Part shown: in pieces, positions 28,290 to 42,630 of the stretch
Position numbering within the stretch: the first letter of the stretch is position 1
How the letters are laid out: the number at the start of each line of letters is the position of its first letter
Origin: Camelus dromedarius
Taxonomy: Eukaryota
DNA: 64,000 nt
Assembly (NCBI RefSeq): GCF_036321535.1
Contig: NC_087436.1
Coordinates: forward strand, 56,112,001-56,176,000
Direction: 5' to 3'
The notes under the pieces: model-generated
Told to the model about the DNA's origin: nothing
The model's database searches: none
The model's input: the letters and a program-made list of their open reading frames with translations, nothing else
Position numbers and translations under genes: made by a program

Positions 28290-29060
28290 TGTCAAATTTG
28301 TTGGTAGCACCAGTCGGCCCAGCCAGAAACTTCATTTCTCTTCTCCAGTTCCCATATTCAATCAAAGGTCTAAGCACCTCAATTTGGCCTTTAAGTATCC
28401 TTTACATTTTCTCCGTCATCTTCTCCAAAACTACTGTTTTGGTACAGACCTTTATAATCTCTCACCAGATTTGCAATATGCTTCTGCCTACTCATCCCCT
28501 TTTCTGTCTTCTACCCTGTCCAATTCCTCCTCCGCACAGCCACCAGAGTAATTATTTTTAAATGGAAATCTGGACCTGTCACTCCCCTGAAAAATTCTTT
28601 AATGACCTCTTGCCAGGATGCCGTTCATATTTCTTGATTACACCTGCCAGACCCTTATCTACTCCCCAGGTTTTATCCATACTCACGCACATGAAGCCCA
28701 TGTTCCAGCTCGGCCAAACGTCCTGTGCTTCTCCACAACTGCTCTGTTTGGCCCACTTCTGTACCATGGTGAGTGTACAGAGTGCCCTGCACCCACCTGC
28801 CGACCTGTCCAGGTCGTCTTTCAAGATTCTGCCAAAACATAATCTCCTCTGACCTCTTCCCTTGTAGGCACAACTCGTTCCTTTTGCTTTGTACTTCTGT
28901 TTATTCCTGTATTTGTAATTATTTTTTCAATCTCTCTCTCCATTTTACTGTGAATTCTTTAAAGACAGAGACTTTCCATAAGCACACTGTATTTATAGCT
29001 CAAGCACAGGGCCTGGTACATAATAGTTACTTAATAAATATTTCTCACCTGAAGTTGATT
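28290..29060 (+). mobile_element. L2 LINE 3' fragment
   Basis: cacagccaccagagtaattattttta...actgtgaattctttaaagacagagac...cacagggcctggtacataatagttacttaataaatattt (L2 tail). Confidence 0.8.
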
Positions 29061-31439
29061 TAAGAAAGTAGGCATTGGTGAGCTTAATGTTGGGAAAATA
29101 TTCGGTTCTCTTCTTAACCATACCATTGACAAGCGTTCATATAAAGCCTGTTGGGAAAAAAAATGTATTTTTCCACATATACATATATATGTTACATCTA
29201 TACTTGGGACATATAGAATTAGCTATATTTATATGTAATAAAAATATTTGTGTTAGAAATATATGGTTCTAGTTATTACTTTCTTTTAGATTAATTCAGT
29301 TTTTCAATACTCTGCTAATTTAATAAATGACACTTTATTAAGTAAACTCGATGCTGTTTACAAAAGTGTAGAATTTATTGAAGTAGAATAATGTTTGGAA
29401 AGAATCCAGTGCTCTTTTTAAAATGAAAGTTGAAAGAGACAAATTTGAGTATCCTGAAGTGAAGAGGAAACCAGTGGGTCTTATTGAAAATTAAGATGAA
29501 AAGGTTACATGTACAGTTATTTGCCAGTGTAATGAGAATGTCCGTATCTAAGCTTATTAAAAATTGGGAAGTTTATATTAAAGCTAGTTTTCATGCTTCA
29601 ATTAAGTTAGCAAATATGGATGTCAGTAGTATCGCAAATGCAGTATTAGAGCTGATGTTTAGGCCTGACCTGAATGCAAAGATTAAATTAAGTCTAGTAC
29701 TCCACTCCCTCAGATTGAGTAAGGAGTAAACAGCCTGGCGTTTTCCTTATCACAGAAATCTCTTTGGTGTGCTATGGTTTGGTGTTTATATAAATAAGCA
29801 GATAGAAAAGGGTAAGCAGACTCATCACTAAGTCATTGTATTGACTCAGTAAAGTGATAATTGAGTCTTAAGATCCAAAACAGAAATGTTGAGGATGACT
29901 GTTACGGGAGTAGTTTTTAAAAGGAGGAAACGTTAAATCACCAAGAGATTTAATATCCTGCTATTTTTATGCATTTAACAACAATAGTAAATAAAATCCG
30001 TGCACATAGAATTTGGAGTACTTATTCCTTTATAGCTGCTTATCAGCTTGGAAAAGATGTCTGGCTAAAAGTAAACATGTGTGTACACTATACATGTATA
30101 TCTCAGGTAATTTATGTGTCCTTCATTGGAAGAGGAAAAATATGAGAAAGCTTGACTGTTTAGCTTCTTTTTCTTCATCCTCTTCTCTTTTTTATTTGTA
30201 TTTTCACGCTTATCTTCCACTTTGATATTGCATTAAGCTTTGGCAGCACTGTTTACTGTTTATTCTAGGAATGCTTCCTGTATAGAGCTTCTGTCACCAT
30301 ATCCTGCTAACAATACAGTAAATGGAAATTTGGGGAAAGCAAAAGTAGGAACTACTGTGTATCTGTAGTAAGTTAATCAGATTTTGATACCCCAAAACTA
30401 ACACAGCTCACAAGACTGATAGCAAGATGCTACAGTAAATTGTTGCTTAGCAGGAAACCTACAGTACCAGTGTAATTTGGACAATGGGGCATTTGACAGC
30501 TAACCCATCAAAAGCAGTGCACCCTGAGGAAGTTGCTCACTTCCAGCTTTACATTCAGTCAGGCATTGATAAAGCAGTGGCTAAGTAGGAGAATCAATTT
30601 AGAATCAAATGATGGCCAGGCTGTTTATCGCATTGCCAAAAGGAGACACAAGCAGATGGTAGATTACTCTACCTCATGACTTTGTACTATGTACTTACCC
30701 AAATTAGATGGGTCACCTAGGCCTTATGAATTCCTCTTGAGTGCCAGTTTGCTCATATATTAATAGGTAGAATTAAAAGCTAAGTTATTATCTGTTCCCC
30801 AAAGGTTGAGGTATACAAAATGACACAGGATAGTTCTGAGTTGTCTCTCATGTACTGGAAGTAATCAAATTAGCAAGATGATGTTCATGACTTCAAAGAA
30901 AAGATATCTTTGGAGAATATGTACATTATGTTTCTATATGAAAGTGTATCTTACATAGTGGGCCAGAAAGTGTTAAAAGATTTAAAGGGAATAAAGATGC
31001 TTCTAATTCCCAAATTGGATGAGCTCCTTGAATGTGAGCTTTTTATGTTTTATCATATTAAGCAAAGTACACAGTTATTTCACATTCCCCACAGTTATCA
31101 TCAGTCTTTTATGCTTTAAAAAAAAACAAAACACTTTCAGGTTCAAGATCCCCACTCTGTATCCCAACTTGCTATAAGGAAAGACTAGAGATACCAGTGA
31201 CAGGGGAGTCAGGAGAGAGAGCAAAGCTGTGGCAGGGAGCAAGCCAGTGGTGGCTGTGAACCCAAGCCCATTGTTGTATCTGCTGGGCAGTGTAACTGAG
31301 ACTAGTGATTCACTGACATAGGTATCCTAGCCAGATCAATGCCCTCGTGCCATCAAAAGTAGAACCAAAGGAGGAAAAAAACGTTTGGAGACATTAAACA
31401 GAAAAAAAATTTTTCTTACACTTGTAGATCTTGTGAAAT

Positions 31440-31630
31440 CTCTCTACAGATCAAGTGTAACCGATCAAATTTAACTTTTGAGTTGAGATGTGCTGTAATC
31501 AAGAAACACTGTATTTCAAGACTCTGAAAGAAGAAAAGGATATAATATACCTTGTTCTTCATTCTGATGTGGACTACATTTTGAATGATAATATTTAGAT
31601 TTCTTTGGTTAAATAAAAATATTATTAAAA
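31440..31630. mobile_element. Internal Charlie1/MER33 fragment without termini
   Basis: gagttgagatgtgctgta...tttcaagactc...gataatatttagat...ggttaaataaaaatattattaaaa aligns by eye to 49440-49586. Confidence 0.7.
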
Positions 31631-31649
31631 GAAAGTAGAACCAAGCACT

Positions 31650-32039
31650 GTTCTTAGAAGAAAGAAGCTAAAGCATCATTGAAAAATGTTTCAAAGACCA
31701 AAATGACAATGGACTGTAAGCTTGAAATTATAACCCAGGGAAATGCAAACTCAGATTGAAACACTAAATGCAAAACCTTTGTGACATGGAAGGGCCATCA
31801 AAGAACAGGTAACAAAACAAATGCAAACAGTTAGTTAAAAAGAAAAAGAAGTTACTTTTCTGAATTGCTACATTTGTCTTTTTTTCAGATTTTTAATTTT
31901 TTATGACTTCTTTTCTTATTTTAAATAAAATATCCAATTTGTACTTCAATGTATATACGTGATTTTGCATTCTTCTTCATAATAGGTCCTCCCAAATATT
32001 TAAAGCTTAGGTGCCACAAAACCTGGACCTATATACCTG
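31650..32039. mobile_element. hAT-Tip100 element end (Zaphod/MER115-like)
   Basis: Terminal motif gattttgcattcttc...cccaaatatttaaagcttaggtgccacaaaacctggacc. Confidence 0.55.
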
Positions 32040-35000
32040 CAGGTCAGAGAAGATGAGCCTGGAGAAAAGGACTTTACGTTTCCCAAGTGCTGACACCAGA
32101 CTTTGAAATAAGCCAAATTTCGGATTGGCTGGGAAGCCTAGAGACCATATTCTCACTCAGCTTGTCTCGGGCTCCTGAGCTTGTGGGTAGATACTTTAGA
32201 AACCCTAGAGTTTGGGCTTTGATCTTTTCTTCTAGTAACACTGCTACTGACCAGCTGCCCCTACTTACCCCAACACAGACGCTCATACCTATGTTCTAGG
32301 GTTGTGGTCAACAGCCAGTCACTATTAAACTGATAGCATACTAGCATGAGAAGACCCCATTGTCTGAGTATCTTAACAGTCTTGTAAATTTATAGTTTCC
32401 TTTAATGCTTTAGCAGGATTGGGGGGGGTGTTGTTTGTTTTTTAATATCTAGGTACTTGATGTTGCCATTTAGGTGGGTGGTAAGTGTATATGCAATATT
32501 TTACACAGTATTTTCAAATCTCCATTATTGACAGGAAAATACTCAAAATTTAGAAGTATCAAATAATTAAGTTGTACAATTCAATTTGACATTCTAATAT
32601 CTGAGCTTTATACATGTTCTTCAAAATTTAATTACTTTTTGTTAAAGGTCACATTACTCGAGGTTACTATCTCACAGACAGGGATATATGGTGGTGGTGG
32701 TGATGTGTTATTTCTTTTGGGGAAAGTTAAGAAAGGCATGTTTATTTAAAATAAGATAAAATAAGAAGATATAAGAATAGGAACAGAAGCTCCTTCCACT
32801 TCCATTTCGTTCTAGCAGCACGGCACCCACACAGGCCTATTTACAGCAGATCTGTTGTGAACTTCAAGCCATTCAGCACCTTCATGAATAATTTCACAGA
32901 AACATATAATCAACACATCCAGCTCCATGATGTAGCTCTTCAAAGTGGTTCTTATAGAAGCACTATGATGTACAATAATGATGAGTATTCATATTCAGAA
33001 GCAAAGCATACATCTCGTTCTGTGCCTATAAGAAATTCAAGTTGTTCCTTGTTAGAGGATAATGCAGTAAAATTTAAAAAAATATGATTCTAAAATAAAG
33101 AGCTCATTAAAAGTCTATTTATAAACAGTGATGATATTAGGCATTAGAATTTAAAGATGTTGAAATCCTAAGTGTCTTGTTTTTTCTTGTGTACTGAGTT
33201 AAATCCTCTCCCATATAAATTACATGCATAACAAATATTCATTACAATGAGGGTTTAAAATTGATATGGTAAAATTGAACAAAATATGAACTTTCACATT
33301 TCACTTGTCACATGGTTCCCGGGAGAGCAAGCCTTTCTTTAATGAGGTTAAATTAATTAAAGTGGGCTCAGTGCTATTAGCTACATGCAAAATCTGAAGC
33401 TAAATGCTTAATCATAGAAATTAGAGATGATCATTTTAATGAATTCTGAATAGTGTGGTTTTACTCCAGGATATTCACAAAAGGGAGTTGTTTGTCACAC
33501 ATAGAAAGAAAGGTGAGAAAAACAGCATCACAGCAAATCTAGAGATTCAGTTTGCAGGGTTTTATTTTTTAATGACTACTTGTAAGATGTCATCTTAAAG
33601 ATGGTTCCGTAAGGAGTATAAAGGTCTTAGACATCAGGAAAAACAATAATTTGTAATCATACTTATATTAGTGATTTTAAATGTTCTTTATAATGTATTA
33701 TTTATATTCCATCCAAATTTGACCAAGTTAATCAGCCATAAAATACAAATTGATAACCTTGATTTTATTTTAAATAAACTTAAATGTTTTATATTATTTT
33801 AATTATTAAAATCAAAGTAATTTTTAAAATACATTTAAAATACTTGGAAAGAAACTAGATATGTGAATATTGCTCAAATAAAAACTGGTGCATGAGAAGA
33901 TGGGACAAAATATGACTGCTTTCCACTGAAGAGTGTTAAGTCAGCATAGGGCCTAAAAATAGAGTAAGGAACACAGAGAACTGTCAAAACAGAAACTTTA
34001 AAGAGACTGTTTCAGAAATCCTTCCTAAAGGAGGAGGAGCAGAGTGATAAACACAACAAATGCTGTAATAATACTTTTTTTTTTTTTCATCAAGTCACAA
34101 GTCTTTCAGGGACTCCTCACGGCACTGGTACATCTACTGGCCCCATCTACGGACCTTCCCCTAAGAGTGGTTGATGGAACTAACAAGGACAGGAGGCAGC
34201 ACTGCCATCTTGTCACCTCCTTATCTCACGCCTGTGCTCTCTGACTTTCCTTATCACGCCTCAGAAGTGCCAAGTCGTTGTTGCTCTGATGGCTGCTGAG
34301 CACTGATCTACCACCATGTGAAACTAAATCATGTGAAACTAAATCCAAAATTCCACAAGGAATGGGGTCAACCTATCAGTGAAAATAATAGCCCATTTGA
34401 GCGCTTCTTCTTTCTCTGACCGGAAGGCAAGCTCTCCAGAGTCCACTGGGGATATGCCCTAAAAACACTTTGAAAGCTCACACATGTGTGCCGTGATTTT
34501 TTTTTAGAAAGCAGGATACTCTGCTTGGGGAATAGGAAAGCCTCTGCAACAGTGAAAAATGGTAGGAACAGGAAAGATCCGTGAGCTTGTTTGGAGAGGG
34601 TTTTGCATAATTTAATGTTGTTTATGTTTTCTAAGCTTAGATAATTGCTCATTAAAGACTTCAGCAAGTTTATAGAAATAGTGCTTGCTACGTGGTAGTC
34701 ACTGTATGGCATAAACCTATTTTAGCAAATTTTCCGATAGTGCACAGCATGCATCTGTGACTGAGACAAAAATCAATGCTTATGGATTTAGCAGTGTAAT
34801 CCTATCACTTGTTCTGTGAGATATGATTTGAAATGTAAAGTACGTTAAGACTTAAGTGAACTTGGAGGGATGGAGTCTCTGGGGTGTTTCTTAGTATCCT
34901 ATTTATTATTGATCAGCCTATTTCTTTATTGTCTCTTTTCTCCTGGCCCCAGTTATCCTTCTTCCCCTATTCACCAATAGCTTTTAAATTATGTGTTCCA

Positions 35001-35113
35001 GAACCAATAAACTATCCTCAGTATGAATATTTACTTCCTACTTTCAAAACAGGAAATCATTCTAAAGTTTTCAAAGCGAGAACATTATCATGTGATCAAC
35101 TGGGTTAAGTCTT

Positions 35114-35739
<626 letters not shown>

Positions 35740-38499
35740 TTAAAACAAAAATACTAGTAAAATATTAGGCGACGTTTCTGAGTTTTACCAAGACATTTTA
35801 GTGTTTTCTCTAGAAACAAAACACAGTGAGTCAGCTATTTTTAAGTATCTTAATACTTAAATAACTCTAAAGTATTGTGTTTTGTATTTACGGAAAGTCC
35901 TGAATGTAAAATTTGAGAAATTGTGGGTTATAATCTAATTAAGATTTTAAAAATTAGTTGCTTACCCTCAAACTTACTATGAAAGAACAACTAAATCAGT
36001 TTGAAATAATCATAGCTACCTGGAGTCATCCATTCATTCATTTATTCATTCCAGAAATAACTGTGGGAGACCCGGGATGTGCCAGCCACCCACAGGAACT
36101 GGAACGAAGTCTCCACCTGTTGTAATGATCATAGTCTAGTGATTCCTGATAAGCTCTGTAGTGGCTGTTACTAACTGCAATTTACAAAACCCATGTTTGT
36201 TTGTACATGCAAAAAGTTTGGCTTTCTTTTAGCTCCTGAAACGATCATCAGCCATAATTGCCTTAGGGCATCAAGAAAATGTTTACAGTTACATAGGCTC
36301 TCATCAGTACTCTAACCTGATTTGAGATAAAATTCTGCCCAGTTTAATAAAATACTCCTCCCATTAATAGATTATATCTCTGGGTATCTGAGTTTTAGTC
36401 CCTGTTCTGAAAGTGGGTTATACTTTCTGTTTACTGTATTCTTCTGATGTGGATGATTCATCTGCAAACTAACCTGAATTCTAGAAGCTATAGTTTTCAT
36501 CTTGGGCAGCATGCTCTTCATGTGGGGAAGAGCACGAACTGCCAATAGACATTAGGCCATTCTCTGCATAAACTACTAAATCTTGAGTTTAGGCGGCTTT
36601 CGGATGCAGATAAAAGAAGTGAAAGAATATAAGAAAAGAATATAAGTTTCCATGTAAAATAAGACATGAGTGAAAATCATTCAAAACACTGCTGTCCAGA
36701 CTCTGTGTGTGAAAATAATTTTGAGGGAAAAACCTGTCCTATTGGTGTGAGCTTTTCTTGCTTGGATGCATGTATATATGTTTAAAGCTTCCCACTTAGT
36801 GGGAAGGAATCCTTCTGAATTCTGTGAACTCTATGGATAGTATTTGCTTACACATGCAGTCTGAGTCTTTTAAAAGTTATTTTGTCTTTAAAAGAGCAAA
36901 TCCACAGAATGACCTTCAGCTACTATTAATCCATCTAAATGTAGGGCATGAAGGCAAAACACATCTGCCATCTGTCAGCTGAGAATTCCCCTGCCACCAC
37001 CCCGACCCCCACTCCCCACGAAGTCCTCTTGGGGATACGATAACGTAGGGAGGGGTCTTTCTTTGCTGGCAAGGAAAGAGTACATTTAGACTAATCATTA
37101 AAATCCATTACCTAACAAAGTGCATGTTCTCAAGGAACACAGTGATACTTGCCAATGAATTAATCAGCAAACTAGACTATGAGAAGGTGAGATTAGCAGT
37201 CTCAGAAAAGATCAGAATCCATGAGATGCCAAAGCAGTCTCTAGTAGCCATAAATCTTAGCCCAATTAGAGGGATTTTCTCTTAGCAATTTAGAATTCTA
37301 TCTGGATTTGGTCTCTTTGTTGCTCCACACTGAGTTTTATATCTGAGGCTGGAACAATGACCAGCGCTTTCCTGGAGCTTGATAGGGAGAATCATTTATT
37401 TGAATAATTGATCATTCAATTAGTAGAGCAAATGTTGAACAGTTGGACAGCTCTTTTTATCAGTGTTGATGGGAAGTAATTGGCTGTAGTTCATTATAAA
37501 GCAGAAAATTGAAAAGTGTGATTTTAAAATAAGAATATTAAATATAGCCTTCCCCTCACAATAAAACCTTCATACCTGCTCCTTTTGCCATAGCTGTTTG
37601 ATTTTCTTTTCCCTCAGTGTTACTATATTCCAAAATATAGTCAAGCAACTGATTACATTCCCTGAATATTACTGAATAGTGATTTGCATATACAGAGTGT
37701 GTCTAATGTTAACTAATTCTGTAGAGTTGGGGCCTATGAGTGGAGAATGATATTAGCACTTAATTGGGTTTAAAATACCAGAGAAAGGGCAGGCAACCCA
37801 AACTGTTGTCTAGGGGCCTGAGGATACCCTTGGTCTATGCTGACCGTCCACTCAATTTGTAGGAAGAAGGTATATTTTCAAGAAAAATATATACATCTTA
37901 AATGGTCAAATTTGAATTTGTAACAGTAATAGATGGATGCATGGTATGTTAGGGACAATAACATTGCTTTGTCTTGAAAGTAATTTGAAAATACTCAATC
38001 AAGGAAAACCCTGTATAATTGCAACCTATACTTTTTTTTGTTGTTAAGTTTAATCTATTATCAAAAGACTGTAATTTGACTTAGAATGATACACTCATAA
38101 CTCAGTTTTCATAATAAAAAATGTAAAAACCATATTTTGTTTAAAAAAAGAGGAAACTTTTAAAGGTGTAAATGATTTCTGATTCTTGAACTGACCCTGT
38201 TTTAAACCAACATAAGTATTGATACATGAGCATATCTACTTGTTCATATAGACATGGGAACAATTTTAATATTTAAAAACAATATATTTCCTTCTAGTTT
38301 CTGATATCTTCTAACCTACTTCTTAGAGTAGAAACTGTGAATCACCTTATAGCAAGCATATTTCACTGAAAAAGCATGTGTATGTGTTTGTGTACGTATA
38401 TATGAGCTATATTTCTATGTCAAGGGCAAAATTTTAAAAAGATATACCTTTGTATCAAGGGCATTAATAAAAATGAATTAATCAATCAAATATCATTTA

Positions 38500-39520
38500 T
38501 GTTTATTCTGGTTACTTAAAAAACATTTTATTTAAGAAATAGTAAATAATATATTACAACTATGGAATGTAAATAGTGAACACTTTTAATAGTGAACACT
38601 CTTATTTCATTCCTGGATTTTAAAAGATTCAGAACATTGCTTTTCATTTTAAAACAGGACTTTGCTATTTGAAAATTGTCCTTCTAATCTTTTTTTCAAT
38701 GGTTTTATTGAGGATAAGTGTTAAAAGTTATCAAATACCTTTTTGCCTTGAATTAATTATATATTTTGGTTGCTGTGTTATATTAACATATTTTCTTTGT
38801 AACAATGACCTCTGCATTGCTACTGCTACTGTTTCTTCTTCACTGCAGAAAAAATATGTACAAGTCTCTTGATAATGGTTTCTTCTAAAATAACCCATTG
38901 TTTTGGGTTTTTTTTCACCCTTTTTGGGAGTGTGGAAAATTTATTTTCCTGTGAAGCTAAAGAATCTTAAAGGTGTTTTGGTAATGAATTTTTTCTGGTT
39001 AATTTTGACTAAATTTTAAAATATTTTCTTCAATTATTCCTTAATAACCAATTCTAATTCATTTTTATGTTGATTCAGAATCCTGATTATTTACTCTCTA
39101 TGTCTGTCATCTTCTCTCACCTTTTTCTTAATTTAACTTTTCATTTGCTCATCCACTTCCTACTTAAATGTTAATTCAGAGTCAGCTGTGTGATGAGCCA
39201 CTACACAGGGTGAATGAAGGAATGACAAAAAGGATAAAATATTCACTTCCCAGTCTCTGTTAAATATTTTCAGTGTATATAACTCCAATCTATGTTGTTT
39301 TCCATGTCACTTCTACTATTTAATACTTGAAGTGCTAATTTAAATATCCAGTATTACAATTTAGCCTACTGTATCATTGTAATTTAACTCCCATGACATT
39401 TTTAACTTCCTTATAATTAATAATGTGATCTGTTTCTAAACCCTGCATTTACTTTCTATGATCTCTGACTGTGTTTGATTTCCATACTTTTCTGCTTCCT
39501 TCTTTCCTTGTTGTATAGAA
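38500..39520 (-). mobile_element. Highly degraded L1M fragments
   Basis: T-rich sequence with aatagtgaacactcttatttcattcctggattt and ttgaggataagtgttaaa motifs typical of antisense old L1 ORF2. Confidence 0.5.
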
Positions 39521-39699
39521 AGATTCTGATCATACCACCTTCAGTCCCGGGTGAGGGCCTGTTGCCCTCAGCCTCTCAATCTAGAGGGTCTCCGTTCTGG
39601 CCCTCCTCCAGCTATGCCTCTCCTCACCCACCTCCCCTTCTAGATGATGCTATGGGGACCCAGGACTCCAGAATTCTCTGCTCTTGTGGCTCTAGCTTG

Positions 39700-39997
39700 A
39701 TTTCAGGAATGGTCGTGTAGGTGCCTATAAGGCTGCTCATGACAAAGGGGATCTGCAGGTATAAAGAGAATAATCAGCTCTTTCTATGCCCCATGGAACT
39801 CAGAGCACTTAAAGAGTGATCATCAAGAACTTAGCCATGTAATAAATCCCTGGAAGGTATACTTGTCAAGATCGGAGATACCAAATATTTATTAGTGTGT
39901 TAGCTGGATATATAACCTTGAACTATTTAGACGCACAGTATGCAGTCTTCATTTTTACCCTTGTCCTGATTCCTGCAAATGTTGGTGTCAGGTCTGT
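39700..39997. mobile_element. Probable old hAT-type DNA transposon fragment
   Basis: Terminal-like motif cccttgtcctgattcctgcaaatgttggtgtcaggtctg. Family uncertain. Confidence 0.35.
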
Positions 39998-40464
39998 GTT
40001 GAAGTATTACTTTCCTTCGTTTTCTTGGATTATTTTCCAAATTTATTGACATCAGTACTTGAGGGACATTATTGACATTACTTCCCTTCTTTTCTTAATG
40101 TCAAACTGCACACTCCCCGTGTTTGTATTGAGATGTAGACCTGCTGATTCAGACCCCATTCTTCAGTTACTGAAAGATGACAGTTGGAAGCCAACTAGAG
40201 AGCAGGTCTCATCTGTGGTGACTTGGTTAGAGATTGTCATCAAAACGACTCAGTTATATTTAAAATTGTTTTGCAGACTGAGATGAAACAATGTATTCAC
40301 TCTTGCCTTCTTATCTTGAAGCCTAACATAGTTAAACAGCAAAGGTGGGGGGTTACTGGAAGTATTCCCCTCTCTTCCCATATTTGCAAAAAGAGTTAAT
40401 ATCGTTCCTTCTCTAACCCATAATCTAACAGCTAATCCATTTATTTCCTATAAACTGGAAGTCT

Positions 40465-41080
40465 GTTTGTTCACTTATTCGTAGTTGTCTATTGAGTACC
40501 TGCTATGTGCCAGTCATGGACATAGAGCAGTGAAACAAACACGTTTTGCACATGTGAGGAATTAGATGAAAATCAAATTGACACATCAGCATATTCCCTA
40601 GTGTTGGGTGAAGATAAAGGTCACAAAGAGGAATGAAGTAGTACATAAGAAGACAGACAACAGTCAGGGAAAGCTTCTCTGGGGAAATGACAGTGGAGAG
40701 AGCAGAGTGGGAGAAGAAATGTCCCCACTGAAGGAGACAAATGATCTTGAGGCAGGAGATTGTTTGGCAGGTGTTAGAGGAACACAAGAAAAGCCTGAGT
40801 GGCTGGAATGGAGTGGAGGAAGAGAGTAGTAGGGAGGATGGAAAGCTAGTGTCAGGTTGTGTAGATATAGGGCATTCTAGGCCATGGTGAAATGAAGCCA
40901 TGGAGGGTCTTAAGGGACATGTGTTCATTTATGTTTTAAGAAGGTCAGCCTTGTGTTGGGGAATAGTGGTATCTGGGAGTTACAAGTCAAAGCAGGGAGA
41001 GCTGTAAAAATCATGGTGGCTGGCACCCTGCTGGTAGCAGAGGACACTGCAAGAAATGGTTGAATTAGGGGTGTATCTGA
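40465..41080 (-). mobile_element. L2a LINE 3' fragment
   Basis: ttgttcacttattc...tattgagtacctgctatgtgccag...gaagccatggagggtcttaag. Confidence 0.8.
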
Positions 41081-42434
41081 TTTTGCAGAACTCAGCTCTT
41101 ACTTAATTCCAGCTACAAGGAATGCTGGCAGAATCCTGCTACCTTTTCTTCTTCGTCGTCTTTTTTTTTTTTTAATGAATACTCTTCTCACATGGTACTA
41201 TAGCTTCCTGAGAGCCTAGACTCTGGTACCATCTTTTAATCTCAACTGTACAGAAATCTAGATTGTACTCTTTTGTTATATTTGCATCTTCTGAGCATGA
41301 TAGAATGATTTTGGGGTATTTAGAAGCAGAGCAAGAAAGTCTCTGTTCACAAACCACCAACCGCCCATTAGTTCTGGCTTTATTTTAAGTGCTATATAGT
41401 ATATCTGTTTTTATCATAAGATGCCATGAATCTGTTTTTGAATATGGAATGAATAATATCTAATAAAAACGTAGTATTACCCAAACAAGGCTGAAGAAAT
41501 TGAAATTCAGAACGTTTAATCTTATAAAAGGGTTTTGACTATTTTTCAATTGTGTAGACAAAAAAAGTAAGCGAGAGGATTAAGAAATCTCTTTGGAATC
41601 AATGGTGTCTGACAGAACAGATCTTTCCTGTTTGAAACTCAGTTTTGTGTGTGTGATTGAGGAGGGAGGATGAGACATAGCACCTGAAATACCATAGAGA
41701 CCATTATATCTGCACTTGTGTCTGCAGGTTCACCTTATTTGGGCCTCAAATAAAATACATAGATGCCAAACACTCAGAAAACAGCTGTTCTTCTAAATGT
41801 ATTAAGCAATTTACCTTAGGTAATGTAGCCTATAAAATTTTAATTTTAGATTAAATAAACGATATTCTTCACTGTGCCTATTGCACCTTGGTATTCAAGA
41901 GATGAAATATGGGCATATTTAGTGAGTTTCTTCTCAGGATGCTGCACTGGAGAAGGGTCAGTTGTTTCCTAATGAAAATCATCAATAGCAATTCCTCTTC
42001 GGAAGTTCAAGGAAATTAGCATTAAACAACAGGCATGGGTGTCTTGGGTGTTACACAATTATGTTTTAGGATTGTTAACATGTTTTAGAAAATGGTTTCA
42101 GGAGACATTGCATTGAAAAGCTAATTGATGGGGAACAGTGTAATTTTCTGGGCTCTGTTGCTGGTTGTATTATATAATCTGGAAACCAGAAAGATGGGTA
42201 CCTTGAAAGCCTTTACTAAGAAATGCAGAACGTGGTCTTTATAAATAAATTGCCAGAGGTTAGTAAGGGATGTTACATTTTAATGTTTTATTTGGTGGAA
42301 CAGAAGTTATACTGGGTAAAATTTGAATTAAATACCCTTTTGATTTATTGCTTCTCAAGTGTCTGTTTGCTGTATGCTATGAAGTTCTGAGCTTGCTTCC
42401 TTCTGTGAAAAGCTATCTAGCGAACATTTATACA

Positions 42435-42630
42435 GACCCTGTATTCCCAGTGCTTTGTAAATATTAACTCATTTAATCGACTTAACAGTGCTTTGAAGTT
42501 GATAATAAAATGATCCCCATTTCTCAAATGAAAAAACATGGAACAGAGAGGTTAATTAACTTGCCTAAATTCACACAGGCATTAAATGGTGAGCTCAGGC
42601 AATGTAGATGCAGAGACATATCCCTTCCTT
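42435..42630 (-). mobile_element. MIR SINE
   Basis: tattaactcatttaatc...atccccatttctcaaatgaaaaaacatggaacagagaggttaattaacttgcctaa. Confidence 0.8.

Noticed and set aside
28147..29063. Cluster of overlapping ORFs on both strands (up to 132 aa)
   Set aside because: Lies mostly within a degraded L2 fragment; no intact RT/endonuclease motifs.
38572..38603. 16-bp tandem duplication aatagtgaacact(t/c)tt
   Set aside because: Routine slippage within a decayed L1; only two units.
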